Positions 30,452-40,942 of a stretch of 64,000 nt of DNA are shown here, piece after piece. How positions within the stretch are numbered: the first letter of the stretch is position 1; every line of letters starts with the position of its first letter. This DNA comes from Bacteroides sp. (GTDB lineage Bacteria; Bacteroidota; Bacteroidia; Bacteroidales; Muribaculaceae). The DNA is taken from the NCBI GenBank assembly GCA_014801865.1, contig JAAVDH010000039.1:3657-67656 (forward strand). The letters run 5' to 3'. The notes beneath the pieces are model-generated. The model had not been told where the DNA came from, made no database searches, and saw only the letters and a list, made by a program, of their open reading frames with translations. Position numbers and translations under genes: made by a program.

Positions 30452-31498
30452 TTAGTACATCGGAGTGAAGGGAGCTGACGTGCGGAGGTGAGAGTTGGCT
30501 TCGCCTACGGTGTCAAGATTCTTGGCTGTTTCGAGTTTCTTGACGGGAGCACCGGGACGCAGGTCACACTTGGTGAGGTCTATGTAATAGAGGCCGTGGG
30601 CGGTTACCATCTCGAAGTAGTAGCGCTTGTCGCGGAGGTTGGAGTATGAGCGCCACTGCGTTGACGATACGTTTGGTTCACCCTCTATAACATAGGTGTA
30701 TGGTACTGATACATTTGCCATGATTGAGCGGGTGATACTCATGCCTAAGTCGGCATCGTCAGTCTTCGCTACGTGGGTGGTGAAGAAGGTGCCTCGGGTC
30801 ATGCGGTCGGGACTTGACACTGTGCCGGGAAGCATGTGAGTGCCGCCCACCTGTTCCCAATACCAGCGTATGGCCTGCATTTCGGGCCACTGGGGATTGT
30901 TGGTCATTGTGGGGATATCCTGTCCGCGGTATATCTTCATGTCGCCTTTATTAAACTCCACGATAGCGCAATCGCCGGTAGGGTCGGTTATACCGAAGTG
31001 GAGCAGGGCAGCCGTGCCTCCGTCAAACTTAGAGCCGCCTAAGGCAAACGGAGTGCTGTTGAGCAGGTCGACGGCCTCCTGAGTTGTGGCGCTGAGATCA
31101 AGAACCCAGCCGATAAACATGGCCAACGACATAGGTGCGTTATTCTCATTAGTCTCATTGGTATACTGACTGTCCTTACAGAAGAGACCGTTCATAGACA
31201 GACCCTTTTCGTTCATGCCTTCGGTGATACCTCCGTCATAGCTTACGGCGTAGACTGAACCGTATTTAGAGGTCCATTTTATGGCATTGGGCTGGTCAAA
31301 GCTCTGCTTCTGCATTCCACGTGGATACACGTAGAGATTGGTGGGGATAGGGGTCTTCCAGTCAAGTGAGCGGCCTACGATGCGCAGCGTAGAATCGCCG
31401 GCATAAACCACGCGTGTACAAGCCCGGGCACTGTTGCCCATATCCATAAATGCCGCTGCTGACAGCAATATAGCGCTGATAAGTGTTGAGAATTTCAT
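30452..31498 (-). CDS. Choloylglycine hydrolase family (bile salt hydrolase / penicillin V acylase) with signal peptide
   Basis: Signal peptide ARA|CTRVVY exposes the Ntn Cys; GRSLDW, EGMNEKGL and MTNNP motifs. Start MKFSTL at 31498. Confidence 0.9.
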   Translation of the reverse strand: MKFSTLISAILLSAAAFMDMGNSARACTRVVYAGDSTLRIVGRSLDWKTPIPTNLYVYPRGMQKQSFDQPNAIKWTSKYGSVYAVSYDGGITEGMNEKGLSMNGLFCKDSQYTNETNENNAPMSLAMFIGWVLDLSATTQEAVDLLNSTPFALGGSKFDGGTAALLHFGITDPTGDCAIVEFNKGDMKIYRGQDIPTMTNNPQWPEMQAIRWYWEQVGGTHMLPGTVSSPDRMTRGTFFTTHVAKTDDADLGMSITRSIMANVSVPYTYVIEGEPNVSSTQWRSYSNLRDKRYYFEMVTAHGLYYIDLTKCDLRPGAPVKKLETAKNLDTVGEANSHLRTSAPFTPMY

Positions 31499-31616
31499 AA
31501 TTGGATGGATGTATTTTATTACACTGTAAGTAGTATTTACCATTACAACCTCTGAGTGCCCGAAAAAGTTTTCGTAACTTTGCGATTACTTTATAAAACT
31601 GCTCAGAATTTATAAT

Positions 31617-32981
31617 ATGGCTCAGAAACCCTCAATACCCAAAGGTACGCGCGACTTCACCCCGCAGGAGATGGCGCGTCGCAATTATATATTCGATACA
31701 ATCCGTAGTGTGTTTAAGCTCTTCGGCTTCCAGCCTATCGAGACTCCTGCTATGGAAACCCTCTCGACCCTTATGGGTAAATATGGTGAGGAGGGCGATA
31801 AGCTGCTCTTCAAGATACTTAACAGCGGCAATTTCTTCAACGGTGTTGACCGTGAGGCTGCTTTGGAGGATGACCCCGCACGTGTGGCCGCAAAGATTTG
31901 TGAAAAGGGTCTTCGCTACGACCTCACCGTGCCATTCGCACGTTTCGTGGTGATGCATCGCAATGAACTCCAGATGCCCTTCAAGCGCTATCAGATACAG
32001 CCCGTGTGGCGTGCCGACCGTCCTCAGAAGGGACGTTACCGCGAGTTTTATCAGTGTGATGCCGACGTAGTAGGCAGCGATTCGCTCCTCAATGAGATTG
32101 AGCTGATACAACTCATCGATGAGGTTTTTGCACGTCTTAAGGTAAATATTGCCATTAAGCTTAATAATCGTAAGGTGCTTGCCGGTATTGCTGAAATAAT
32201 CGGTGCTCCCGACAAGCTGATTGACATCACCGTAGCCATTGACAAGCTCGATAAGATCGGTCTTGATGCTGTGCGTGATGAGTTGCTTTCACGCGGTCTT
32301 TCGGCTGAGAGCATCGAACGTCTCATACCCATAATCTCTATTGACGGCACTATCGAAGAGCGTCTCGAGCGTCTCGGCGCTGAACTGAGTGCCTCAGAGG
32401 TAGGTACACTTGGTGTAAATGAACTTCGCGAGGTAGTCCGCGGCACACAGCATCTCGGACTCCGTGCGCTGCTTGACCTCGATGTATCCCTTGCCCGCGG
32501 CCTCAACTACTATACCGGCACTATTATCGAAGTCAAGGCTTGCGATGTAGCTATAGGCAGCATCACAGGTGGCGGCCGTTACGACAATCTCACCGGTGTG
32601 TTCGGTATGCCCGGTGTGTCAGGCGTAGGTATCTCATTCGGTGCAGACCGTATCTACGATGTGCTCAATACTCTCAATCTCTATCCCGAGAATCTTACAG
32701 CCTCAACCAAGGTAATGTTTGTCAACTTCGGTGAGGCCGAATCCGCAGCCGCTCTCAAAATCATGAAGCAGATGCGCGAAGCCGGTATTTCATGTGAGAT
32801 TTATCCCGAAGCTTCCAAGATGAAGAAGCAGATGGGTCGTGCCGACGCACTCAATATACCTTACGTGGCTATTATCGGCGAAACCGAACTTGCCGACTCT
32901 ACCGTCACTCTCAAGGATATGGCCACCGGTACCCAGCAGTCGCTCTCCATTCCCGAAGCCATAGCTCACCTCCGCTCCTGA
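31617..32981 (+). CDS. hisS: Histidine--tRNA ligase
   Basis: [40 protein letters not shown] and GGGRYD motifs; -7 element TAACTTTG at 31575. Confidence 0.98.
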   Translation: MAQKPSIPKGTRDFTPQEMARRNYIFDTIRSVFKLFGFQPIETPAMETLSTLMGKYGEEGDKLLFKILNSGNFFNGVDREAALEDDPARVAAKICEKGLRYDLTVPFARFVVMHRNELQMPFKRYQIQPVWRADRPQKGRYREFYQCDADVVGSDSLLNEIELIQLIDEVFARLKVNIAIKLNNRKVLAGIAEIIGAPDKLIDITVAIDKLDKIGLDAVRDELLSRGLSAESIERLIPIISIDGTIEERLERLGAELSASEVGTLGVNELREVVRGTQHLGLRALLDLDVSLARGLNYYTGTIIEVKACDVAIGSITGGGRYDNLTGVFGMPGVSGVGISFGADRIYDVLNTLNLYPENLTASTKVMFVNFGEAESAAALKIMKQMREAGISCEIYPEASKMKKQMGRADALNIPYVAIIGETELADSTVTLKDMATGTQQSLSIPEAIAHLRS

Positions 32982-33026
32982 TTCCAGAGGAATTATCCTA
33001 CGAAATAGATCCATCCGGAAACCTGT

Positions 33027-33075
33027 ATAACTCCCCGCTTTCTTCGGCTGTGAAAACCGAAAGGCGGGGAGTTAT
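33027..33075 (+). terminator. Terminator after hisS
   Basis: ATAACTCCCCGC...GCGGGGAGTTAT hairpin. Confidence 0.75.
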
Positions 33076-33132
33076 GTTTATAAGTACGACATCACGTTTT
33101 TTCTCACATTATGTATATATAAAGAAATTCCT

Positions 33133-34851
33133 ATGGACATACTTACTGACCTTGCCGGATGGTTCGTGGAACTATTACAGCAGAATCCGGTTATTCCTAT
33201 TTTTCTGACCTTGGGCATAGGCTTCTGGCTTGGTGGTCTGAGGTATAAATCGTTTTCACTTGGTCCTGTGACGGCTACACTTATTGTCGGTGTGGTTATT
33301 GGGCAGCTGAATATCCCTATGTCTGATACGCTAAAGACGGTATCACTCATGCTGTTTCTGTTTGCATGCGGATATAGCGTAGGGCCTCAGTTTTTCCGTT
33401 CGCTCAGAGGCGACGGCCTGAAACAGATAGGATTTGCCTTAGTGGAGTTTGTAGTGATTCTGGCAGTAATGTACCTTGTATGCAAAATGATGGGTTATGA
33501 CAAAGGTATGGCCGTAGGATTATTTGCCGGATCGCAGACCGTGTCGGCGGTAATAGGTTCTGGTAGTGACACTATTCGTGCCCTTGGCTTGCCCGAGTCA
33601 CAGACAAAAGCCTTGATTGATATCATTCCTGCCTGTTATGCCGTGACATATATTTTCGGCACTATCGGGTCGGCATGGATAATAGCCAACTTCGGCCCTA
33701 TGCTTCTCGGGGGTCTTTCAAAGGCCAAAGCCGAGACGCAGCGGCTCGAAGAGGAGCTTGACAACGGTGATTTTACCCCTGAACCGGGTATGGTGAACGC
33801 TAACCGCCCAATATCGTTCCGTGCCTACAGAGTTGAGTCAGACTTCTTTAATAAGCCGCGTACTATCCGTGAGATTGAGGCCAAGCATAAGGACATGGAT
33901 TTGCGTCATTTCGTAGAACGTGCCAGAATCAATGGTGAGATCGTAGACCCCGACCCCGATGTACGAGTGCGCAAAGGCGATGTGTTGGTCATCAGCGGTC
34001 GTCGCGAGAGCGTTGTGGATAAGGGAGGTTGGATTGGTCCGGAGGTGACAGACCATGAGCTGCTGACGTTCGGCACTGAAAATCTTCCCGTTGTTGTGTC
34101 AAAGAAGGGTGCCGACGGAGTTACCATTGGAGCACTGCGCAACAGTCCGGCCATGCACGGAGTCACCATACATAAAGTATTGCGTAATGATATACCTATG
34201 CCGCTCAAGCGAGGTTTACGCCTTGAACGTGGCGATACGGTGACCCTTGTGGGACTGCCCGAAGATGTGGCCGCCGCAGCCGATGAGATAGGCTACAGTG
34301 ACCGTGCCACCCATATCTCTGACGTTTCGTTCATCTCGTTAGGTATCGCCATAGGCTGTATTATCGGTTCCATAGTGGTGATGTGCGACGGTGTACCTCT
34401 GTCATTGAGCACCAGTGGAGGCACTATACTTGCAGGTCTTATCATGGGATGGATGCGTTCACGGCGTCCGTCGGTGGGCCACATACCACGCTCCGTAGTA
34501 TGGTTCATGGACCAGGTGGGGCTTAATCTCTTTATCGCCGTGGTAGGATTAGCCTCAGGACCATCCTTCATAGCCGGATTGCAGCAAGTGGGGGTAGAGC
34601 TATTCTTCGTGGGCATCGCGGTCACGGCGATTCCGCTCATAATCTGTATGTTTATTGCCAATAAGATATTCAAGTTCCCCGTGGCAGTCACTCTCGGCTG
34701 TGTGGCAGGCAGCCGCAATGCCGTTGCCGCCTTAGGTGCCATCCAGGATAGTCTTGACAGCACCATACCGGTCATGAGCTACACCGTCACCTATGCAGTA
34801 AGCAGCATACTGCTTATTTTTGCCGGCCTAATCCTCCCCCTGATTCTCTAA
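33133..34851 (+). CDS. aspT: Aspartate:alanine antiporter (AAE family, two TrkA-C domains)
   Basis: GYSVGPQFF, AGSQTVSAVIG, central TrkA_C repeats, C-terminal membrane repeat. Confidence 0.85.
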   Translation: MDILTDLAGWFVELLQQNPVIPIFLTLGIGFWLGGLRYKSFSLGPVTATLIVGVVIGQLNIPMSDTLKTVSLMLFLFACGYSVGPQFFRSLRGDGLKQIGFALVEFVVILAVMYLVCKMMGYDKGMAVGLFAGSQTVSAVIGSGSDTIRALGLPESQTKALIDIIPACYAVTYIFGTIGSAWIIANFGPMLLGGLSKAKAETQRLEEELDNGDFTPEPGMVNANRPISFRAYRVESDFFNKPRTIREIEAKHKDMDLRHFVERARINGEIVDPDPDVRVRKGDVLVISGRRESVVDKGGWIGPEVTDHELLTFGTENLPVVVSKKGADGVTIGALRNSPAMHGVTIHKVLRNDIPMPLKRGLRLERGDTVTLVGLPEDVAAAADEIGYSDRATHISDVSFISLGIAIGCIIGSIVVMCDGVPLSLSTSGGTILAGLIMGWMRSRRPSVGHIPRSVVWFMDQVGLNLFIAVVGLASGPSFIAGLQQVGVELFFVGIAVTAIPLIICMFIANKIFKFPVAVTLGCVAGSRNAVAALGAIQDSLDSTIPVMSYTVTYAVSSILLIFAGLILPLIL

Positions 34852-34872
34852 ACTGTCGCGGCTGCGTCAGAA

Positions 34873-34920
34873 TGTACTGCACCCCAAAAGTTAGACAAAG
34901 AACTTTTGGGGTGCAGTACA
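34873..34920. mobile_element. Fused IS3-family (IS150-like) terminal inverted repeats, 48-bp MITE-like remnant
   Basis: TGTACTGCACCCCAAAAGTT-AGACAAAG-AACTTTTGGGGTGCAGTACA: perfect 20-bp IR with TG...CA ends, resembling IS150 ends as I recall them. Confidence 0.7.
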
Positions 34921-35069
34921 ATTATTACACAGCCTCCTATATGTCGTCAATAGTATTGGAGCAATGCGGATAATTTTTTAACTTTGCCGGAAACATATCA
35001 ATCCGGCCTACCTTCAGGCTTTTATCACATTAACCACCTTGAGTCACGTTTAACCTTGGATCAGATGCA

Positions 35070-38000
35070 ATGAAGAGAGTGCGAATTCGTGTTATCTTTC
35101 TTGTACAGTTAGTATTGTTGGCTGCCATTTGCCTTGCTCTGCCGACGTATCTTTCGGCGGAGGGAATCCGTCATATCACTATGAAAGACGGACTGTCGAG
35201 CCGTCAGGTGTATGAACTTGAGGAAGATGCCGACGGATTTATATGGATGTACACCAATTCCGGACTTGAACGTTACGACGGTTATCGCTTCCGACATTAC
35301 TCCCTTGACGACAGCGAAGAGTCAAATGATCATTTGGCGTCGGCAACTACGATGCAGCTCGGAAATGACAGTTTGGTATGGGTTGCAATCAAATCGGGTG
35401 TGATTTATCGCTACGATAAGACTCTTGACCGATTTATTAAACAAATTGAGTTTGACGATAAGTCCATCGGTGTGTATCATTTCGCTATTTTGGACGATGA
35501 TGTGGTAGTTATCGGCACAAATAAGGGGGTATATATATGTGCTCCAGGAGAGACTCCGCGACGCATTGCGCTCGATGGCGCACTTGTGTCGGCAGTGGTG
35601 GCTGATGATGACGGAATCATATATGCAGGTACAGATAAAGGGGTCTACAGCATAGTATTAGGAGAGGGGAGTACCTCGAATAACAGAAGTGGAGGAGTCA
35701 CTTCACCGGGTAAAGCAACCAAACTAAAAGGCACGGAGGGGATATATGTCAAGTCGCTCGCCATTGCTTCGGGCCGACTGTACGTAGGTCCGTTTGCCGA
35801 TAATGTGTTTGCTATAGACCTGCGGAGCGGACGTAAGTGTATGTTGCCTTTCCGTACGCCTCCGATACCTGTAAATGCCATGACGGTGTATGAAGATGAC
35901 GGGCTGCTGATAGGTGTTGACGGTGCGGGAGTGTATATGATAGACTCGCGCGACGGACGTCTGATAAGGCATTACCGCGACGGAGACAACACCCGATATG
36001 AATTGTCGGGTAGCACCGTATCGGATATTCTTGTGGACCGTGACGGCGGAATATGGATTTCTACAAGCCACAGCGGAGTGAATTATCTCCCGTCGCATGA
36101 AAGCTCGCTGACGGTGCTTCGCCCCGAGCGTGGCAACAGTAACTCCATATTATCAAGCCACGTGAATGCTGTGTATGAGGATTCGTACGGTGAACGGTGG
36201 TTCGGTACAGACAAGGGCGTCAGCCGATATAATCCGTCCACGGGGCGCTGGAGACACTATCTGGAGAATCATGAGTATAGTGCCAATGTGGTGCTGACTA
36301 TCGGTGAGGATGCCTACGGCAATATCTGGGTAGGTTCTTACGGCGAGGGCGCTGCATGTATTGACCGTAACACTCATGATGTAAAGCATCTGCCCGAACT
36401 GTCAGCCGACGGCAAGAACGGCACGGGTACGCGCTATATATTCACCAGTTACTGCGACCGAGAGGGTAACGTGTGGCTCGGGGGTATCAACGGCCTTACT
36501 ACCAAGTATAATATCAAGGACAATACTTATAGGTATTATGACGAAGACTGTATAGCCCTCGCATGTCCGGGAAGAAACAATCATGTGATTCTTGGCGGGA
36601 ACAGGGGTATAGGAATATATGATCCGGCGGTGGATTCCGTGAGATGGAAGATGCAGTTTGACAGCATAGCCATACGCTATCCGGTAAGAAGCCTGCTGAT
36701 GGACACTATTAACGCGGAAGCGTGGATAGGCACTATGGGTGAGGGGCTGATACAGTATGATTATAAGACTGATAAGGTGCGTCGGTTTACAACCGCCGAC
36801 GGACTCAACTCAAATACCATATATTCGATACTGCGCGATAATATAGGTGGCACATGGATATGTACCGAGAGCGATATATACCGTTATAATCCCAAGACCG
36901 AGAGCCTGGCCCGATTTACCAACTTTGCCTCAGGCAAGAGAGACATAGATCAGCTGGCTTTCAATCCGGGAGGGTTTGTGGCCCGTAACGGAGATGTGCT
37001 TCTTGCCTCTCCCGAGGGGTGTATAGTTTTCAATCCCGAGAGTGACGCTATCAAACTGCCATTATCGCCGCTGATGTTTACCAATCTCATACTCAACGAT
37101 GAGGTAATGACTCCCGGAGTGAATGGGTCGCCGCTGTCAAAGAATATCAACCTGGTGGAGAGTCTGGAACTTGACCATAAATACAATAATATAGCCATTG
37201 ACTTTGCCGTAATCAATCTGCAGTCGCCTAACAGAGTCGACTACGAGTATATGCTCGAAGGCTACGACACGGAGTTTAAGAAGTCGGACGCTTCGCGACG
37301 AGCAAAATACTCGGCTCTTGACCCCGGCAAATACAAACTGATAGTCAGGGCGATAGACCTATACAGCAGCACTTGTATCGAGGAGCGTGAGCTTCCTGTC
37401 GTGATACGCAGTCCGTGGTGGCAGTCATGGTGGGCCAAACTCTCATACGTGGTGATAATACTCACTCTGATAGTACTCTGCATAGGGTATCTCCGCAATC
37501 GCCGCAGGGAGAAGAGAGTGGAGAACCAGATACGTACCTTTGCCAATATAGCCCACGACATACGTACCCCCATGTCTATGATCAAGGCTCCTCTTATCAA
37601 CGTGGAGCAGGAGCAGGGACTCTCCGAACAGGGCCGACGCAATCTCACCATAGCCCGTGCCGGCATAGAGAAAACCCTTAATATGCTCACGGCCATGCTG
37701 GAGTTGCCCGGTGGCAAAGTAGGCCGTGATAGTCTACAGATAGAGGTGTGTGATATAAGGAAATTCATCCGCAGTAAATATCATGAATTCATGTCGCTTG
37801 CCATGCTTAAGAATCTCGAACTGACCTCAGACATCGGTGACGACATGCCTGTGATGATAATGACAGATATTGACAAGCTCAATCATGTGGTAGACAATCT
37901 ACTGTCAAATGCCATAAAGTATACTTTTGCCGGGAAGATAGAAATCATAGTACGCAAGGTGACTGACAAGCGATGGAGTCTGTCAGTAAAGGACACCGGT

Positions 38001-39038
38001 ATAGGTATACCGAAAGTCGAAATCAAGCGAATATTCAATTATCGCCATCGCGGCAGTGAGGCCATAAGCAAGAATATACCCGGCACAGGTATGGGACTCC
38101 TGATTACCCGCCGCATAGTTCACGTCATGAGAGGTAAAATCATGTTTACGAGTCAGTCGGGTAAGGGTACCGAGTTTATGGTGGAGCTACCGCTGAATTA
38201 CGGTAAGAAATATCCCATGCCAGTATCTGAACCAATTGTCGAAGAGAATACAAGCGCTGAGGATGTGCGTGAGGAGGAGATGAATGACGGTCGTAATAGA
38301 ATATTCATCATAGATGATGACGCGGATATGCGCAGCTTCCTGCACACTACTCTCGGAGCGGAGTATGATGTAGTAGTGTTCAGTGACCCGGCGGAGTTGC
38401 TTGAACGTATACGCAAGGAGAGTCCCGACATGGTCATAGCCGATGTAATGATGCCCAAGCTCAGAGGCGATGAGATATGTCGTATAATCAAGACCGACAT
38501 GGCTACCAGTCATATCCCCGTGATACTGCTCTCGGGACTTACGGCGCGGCGTGACGTTGTGAGCGGTCTGGAGGCACACGCCGATGATTATATAGTGAAG
38601 CCTTTCGACCTGATACTGCTTAAAGCCCGCATACGCAATATCATAGAAAACCGCCGTAGTCTGAGCCGTCAGGTGCTTGCCGAGGATAGTAAGCCGGAGG
38701 AAGCTGAATTCTCCAGTGAGCTTGACCGCCAGTTTATGGTGACTCTCATGGAGAAACTCAACGAAAGGCTTGCCGACTCTGATTTCTCTGTGACAGACCT
38801 ATGCGCGGAGATGGGTATGAGCCGTACTTCGGTGTACAATAAGATACGTTCCATAACCGGTCAGTCGGTGAACGAATTTATAAGAATCGTAAGGCTCAAC
38901 AAAGCCAAGGAACTGCTCTCGTCAGGTCTGCATAACGTAAGCGAAGTGGCCTATATGGTCGGATTCGCAGACCCGAAATATTTCAGCACCTGCTTTAAGA
39001 AACAGTTTGGCGTCAGCCCCAGTAAATTCGGCAGTTAG
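35070..39038 (+). CDS. Hybrid two-component system (beta-propeller sensor, Y_Y_Y, HisKA, HATPase, REC, AraC HTH)
   Basis: Reg_prop repeats, TM helix, FANIAHDIRTP, NLLSNAIKYT, GTGMGL, ADVMMP and VGFADPKYFSTCFKKQFG; -7 element TAACTTTG at 34979. Confidence 0.96.
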   Translation: MKRVRIRVIFLVQLVLLAAICLALPTYLSAEGIRHITMKDGLSSRQVYELEEDADGFIWMYTNSGLERYDGYRFRHYSLDDSEESNDHLASATTMQLGNDSLVWVAIKSGVIYRYDKTLDRFIKQIEFDDKSIGVYHFAILDDDVVVIGTNKGVYICAPGETPRRIALDGALVSAVVADDDGIIYAGTDKGVYSIVLGEGSTSNNRSGGVTSPGKATKLKGTEGIYVKSLAIASGRLYVGPFADNVFAIDLRSGRKCMLPFRTPPIPVNAMTVYEDDGLLIGVDGAGVYMIDSRDGRLIRHYRDGDNTRYELSGSTVSDILVDRDGGIWISTSHSGVNYLPSHESSLTVLRPERGNSNSILSSHVNAVYEDSYGERWFGTDKGVSRYNPSTGRWRHYLENHEYSANVVLTIGEDAYGNIWVGSYGEGAACIDRNTHDVKHLPELSADGKNGTGTRYIFTSYCDREGNVWLGGINGLTTKYNIKDNTYRYYDEDCIALACPGRNNHVILGGNRGIGIYDPAVDSVRWKMQFDSIAIRYPVRSLLMDTINAEAWIGTMGEGLIQYDYKTDKVRRFTTADGLNSNTIYSILRDNIGGTWICTESDIYRYNPKTESLARFTNFASGKRDIDQLAFNPGGFVARNGDVLLASPEGCIVFNPESDAIKLPLSPLMFTNLILNDEVMTPGVNGSPLSKNINLVESLELDHKYNNIAIDFAVINLQSPNRVDYEYMLEGYDTEFKKSDASRRAKYSALDPGKYKLIVRAIDLYSSTCIEERELPVVIRSPWWQSWWAKLSYVVIILTLIVLCIGYLRNRRREKRVENQIRTFANIAHDIRTPMSMIKAPLINVEQEQGLSEQGRRNLTIARAGIEKTLNMLTAMLELPGGKVGRDSLQIEVCDIRKFIRSKYHEFMSLAMLKNLELTSDIGDDMPVMIMTDIDKLNHVVDNLLSNAIKYTFAGKIEIIVRKVTDKRWSLSVKDTGIGIPKVEIKRIFNYRHRGSEAISKNIPGTGMGLLITRRIVHVMRGKIMFTSQSGKGTEFMVELPLNYGKKYPMPVSEPIVEENTSAEDVREEEMNDGRNRIFIIDDDADMRSFLHTTLGAEYDVVVFSDPAELLERIRKESPDMVIADVMMPKLRGDEICRIIKTDMATSHIPVILLSGLTARRDVVSGLEAHADDYIVKPFDLILLKARIRNIIENRRSLSRQVLAEDSKPEEAEFSSELDRQFMVTLMEKLNERLADSDFSVTDLCAEMGMSRTSVYNKIRSITGQSVNEFIRIVRLNKAKELLSSGLHNVSEVAYMVGFADPKYFSTCFKKQFGVSPSKFGS

Positions 39039-39077
39039 AAACCCGGTGAAGAGGTTTAAAATAGGGTTGACACACGA

Positions 39078-39136
39078 TTTTTCGACTATTTTTGACATTA
39101 TTTCGACCCTAAAGAGGGTGTGTGACCGTAATTTCG
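39078..39136 (+). promoter_or_regulatory. Putative HTCS operator plus -7 element of the ROK-nagB-MFS-GH18 operon
   Basis: TTTTTCGAC-N6-TGAC-N4-TTTCGACCC (21-bp period), then TAATTTCG at 39129. The same motif lies upstream of susC. Confidence 0.8.
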
Positions 39137-39181
39137 CAAAAGAATCAGAAGATGATTCGATAATGAACCAATCAAGAAATT

Positions 39182-40156
39182 ATGGACACGTATATTGGAA
39201 TTGATTTCGGCGGTACCAAACTCCTGATAGGGGAGGTGGACAACTGCGGACAGATTCTCGGACAGAAGATATATAGGACAGGGTATGTCAACCAGCAGGC
39301 TGCCGTAGAACTTATCAAGGAGTCTCTGACCGACTATCTCGCTACCGTAGGCACCGAAGGTCGTCAGCCCGTGGCTGTCGGCATCGGTATGATAGGTCGC
39401 GTAGACACTGCGGTCGGTAAGTGGATGCAGATAGACACCAACCGTAATTGCAGTATCAATCTTGCCCAAGAGATAAGCGATACCTTCGGTATGGACTGCT
39501 TCATCGCCAATGACGTGAAGAGCGCTACGGTGGCCGAACAGTGCTGGGGCAACGGGCTGAAGTCTGACAATTTCATATATATCAATATAGGTACGGGCAT
39601 AGCTGCCGGATGTGTGGTTGGTGGCCGGGTGATACTCGGTTCGCACTGCAACGCCGGTGAGGTGGGACATACCCAGGTTGGTGTGCACACGGGCGTGAGA
39701 TGCTGTTGCGGTCGCGAGGATTGTGTGGAGGCCATAGCTGCCGGTGTGGGTTTCGACAGTTGTGCTCGTCTGTTAGCTCCGGCTTATCCCGACTCTGCCC
39801 TTAAGATACCTACTGACGGCACCCGCGTAGATGTGCGTGTGGTATATGATCTCTACCGTAAGGGCGACGCGCTGTGCAGTGTGCTTGTGGAGAATGCAGC
39901 TACGGCTATCGCCAATCTGATAATGAATCTCGTGAGAGTGACTGACCCCGACACGGTTGTGCTCGGCGGCGGTATAGTCAGCGACCCCATGATGTATGAT
40001 ATGATTATGGAGCGTCTTCACGCCGGCACGATGCGTTTCGTGACCAATGGTGTGGTGCTTACCCACCTCAATCCCGCTCACATCGGGCTTCTCGGAGCGG
40101 CCGCTGTGGCTATGACGGAGTCAAAGAAGGTGATGGAAGAGGCCCTGGATTATTAA
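39182..40156 (+). CDS. ROK family sugar kinase
   Basis: GIDFGGTK, ANDV, GTGIAAG, AGEVGH and the zinc motif CCCGREDC; no HTH domain. Confidence 0.92.
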   Translation: MDTYIGIDFGGTKLLIGEVDNCGQILGQKIYRTGYVNQQAAVELIKESLTDYLATVGTEGRQPVAVGIGMIGRVDTAVGKWMQIDTNRNCSINLAQEISDTFGMDCFIANDVKSATVAEQCWGNGLKSDNFIYINIGTGIAAGCVVGGRVILGSHCNAGEVGHTQVGVHTGVRCCCGREDCVEAIAAGVGFDSCARLLAPAYPDSALKIPTDGTRVDVRVVYDLYRKGDALCSVLVENAATAIANLIMNLVRVTDPDTVVLGGGIVSDPMMYDMIMERLHAGTMRFVTNGVVLTHLNPAHIGLLGAAAVAMTESKKVMEEALDY

Positions 40157-40177
40157 TGCGTTAGATCTTAATTACTT

Positions 40178-40924
40178 ATGAAGATTACTGTAACGAACGA
40201 CGAAAGCGTATTTGACTGCACAGCGGCATCGCGCATAGTCAATCAGATTTGTGCTAAACCCTCGAGTGTTATCGGTCTGTCGACCGGACGCACTACGGGC
40301 AATATACATCGCCTTGTGTGCAAAATGCATGAAGAGGCGGACTTTGATGTGACCGATGTGACTTTCTTCGGTCTTGATGAGGTGACCAACGTAGATAGGG
40401 AATATAGCGGAGCTTGCTACAAAATGCTGCGCACAGAGATAATCGAGTCGCTCGGAGTGGATGAAGACCACTTCCTGATGCTCCCCACAAAGTCGGATGA
40501 TTTCGAGCGTGAATGCAGAGAATTTCGCTCGGAACTCAGCCGCAGAGGTGGTATAGACCTTCTTATATTGGGTCTTGGAGAGAATGGTCATCTTGGATTC
40601 AATCAGCCCGGTTCGCCTCTGAACGGCACGGCGTGGGTGGCTTCGATGGATGAGCGCCTTGAGGAGCGTATACGCCGTGAGACGGGTACTCCCGCTGAAA
40701 CGGATTTAGGCGGCGTGACTCTCGGTATCAGAGATATAATGCATGCCCGCAGGATAGTGCTCGTGGCCAAGGGTGAGAATAAGCGTGAGATTGTGAAGCG
40801 TATGCTCACCGGAGAGATAAGCAGTGAGTGCCCAGCTTCGGTGCTTCAGCTTCATCCCGACTGTGAGTTTCTGTTAGACGCCGCCGCGGCAGCAGACATC
40901 AATGTATGTACATTAAGAAATTAA
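40178..40924 (+). CDS. nagB: Glucosamine-6-phosphate deaminase-like protein
   Basis: GLSTGRT, GLDE, GLGENGHLGFNQPG, TLGI and PASVLQLH motifs. Confidence 0.88.
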   Translation: MKITVTNDESVFDCTAASRIVNQICAKPSSVIGLSTGRTTGNIHRLVCKMHEEADFDVTDVTFFGLDEVTNVDREYSGACYKMLRTEIIESLGVDEDHFLMLPTKSDDFERECREFRSELSRRGGIDLLILGLGENGHLGFNQPGSPLNGTAWVASMDERLEERIRRETGTPAETDLGGVTLGIRDIMHARRIVLVAKGENKREIVKRMLTGEISSECPASVLQLHPDCEFLLDAAAAADINVCTLRN

Positions 40925-40942
40925 CGGACAGTAACTGAAGCC

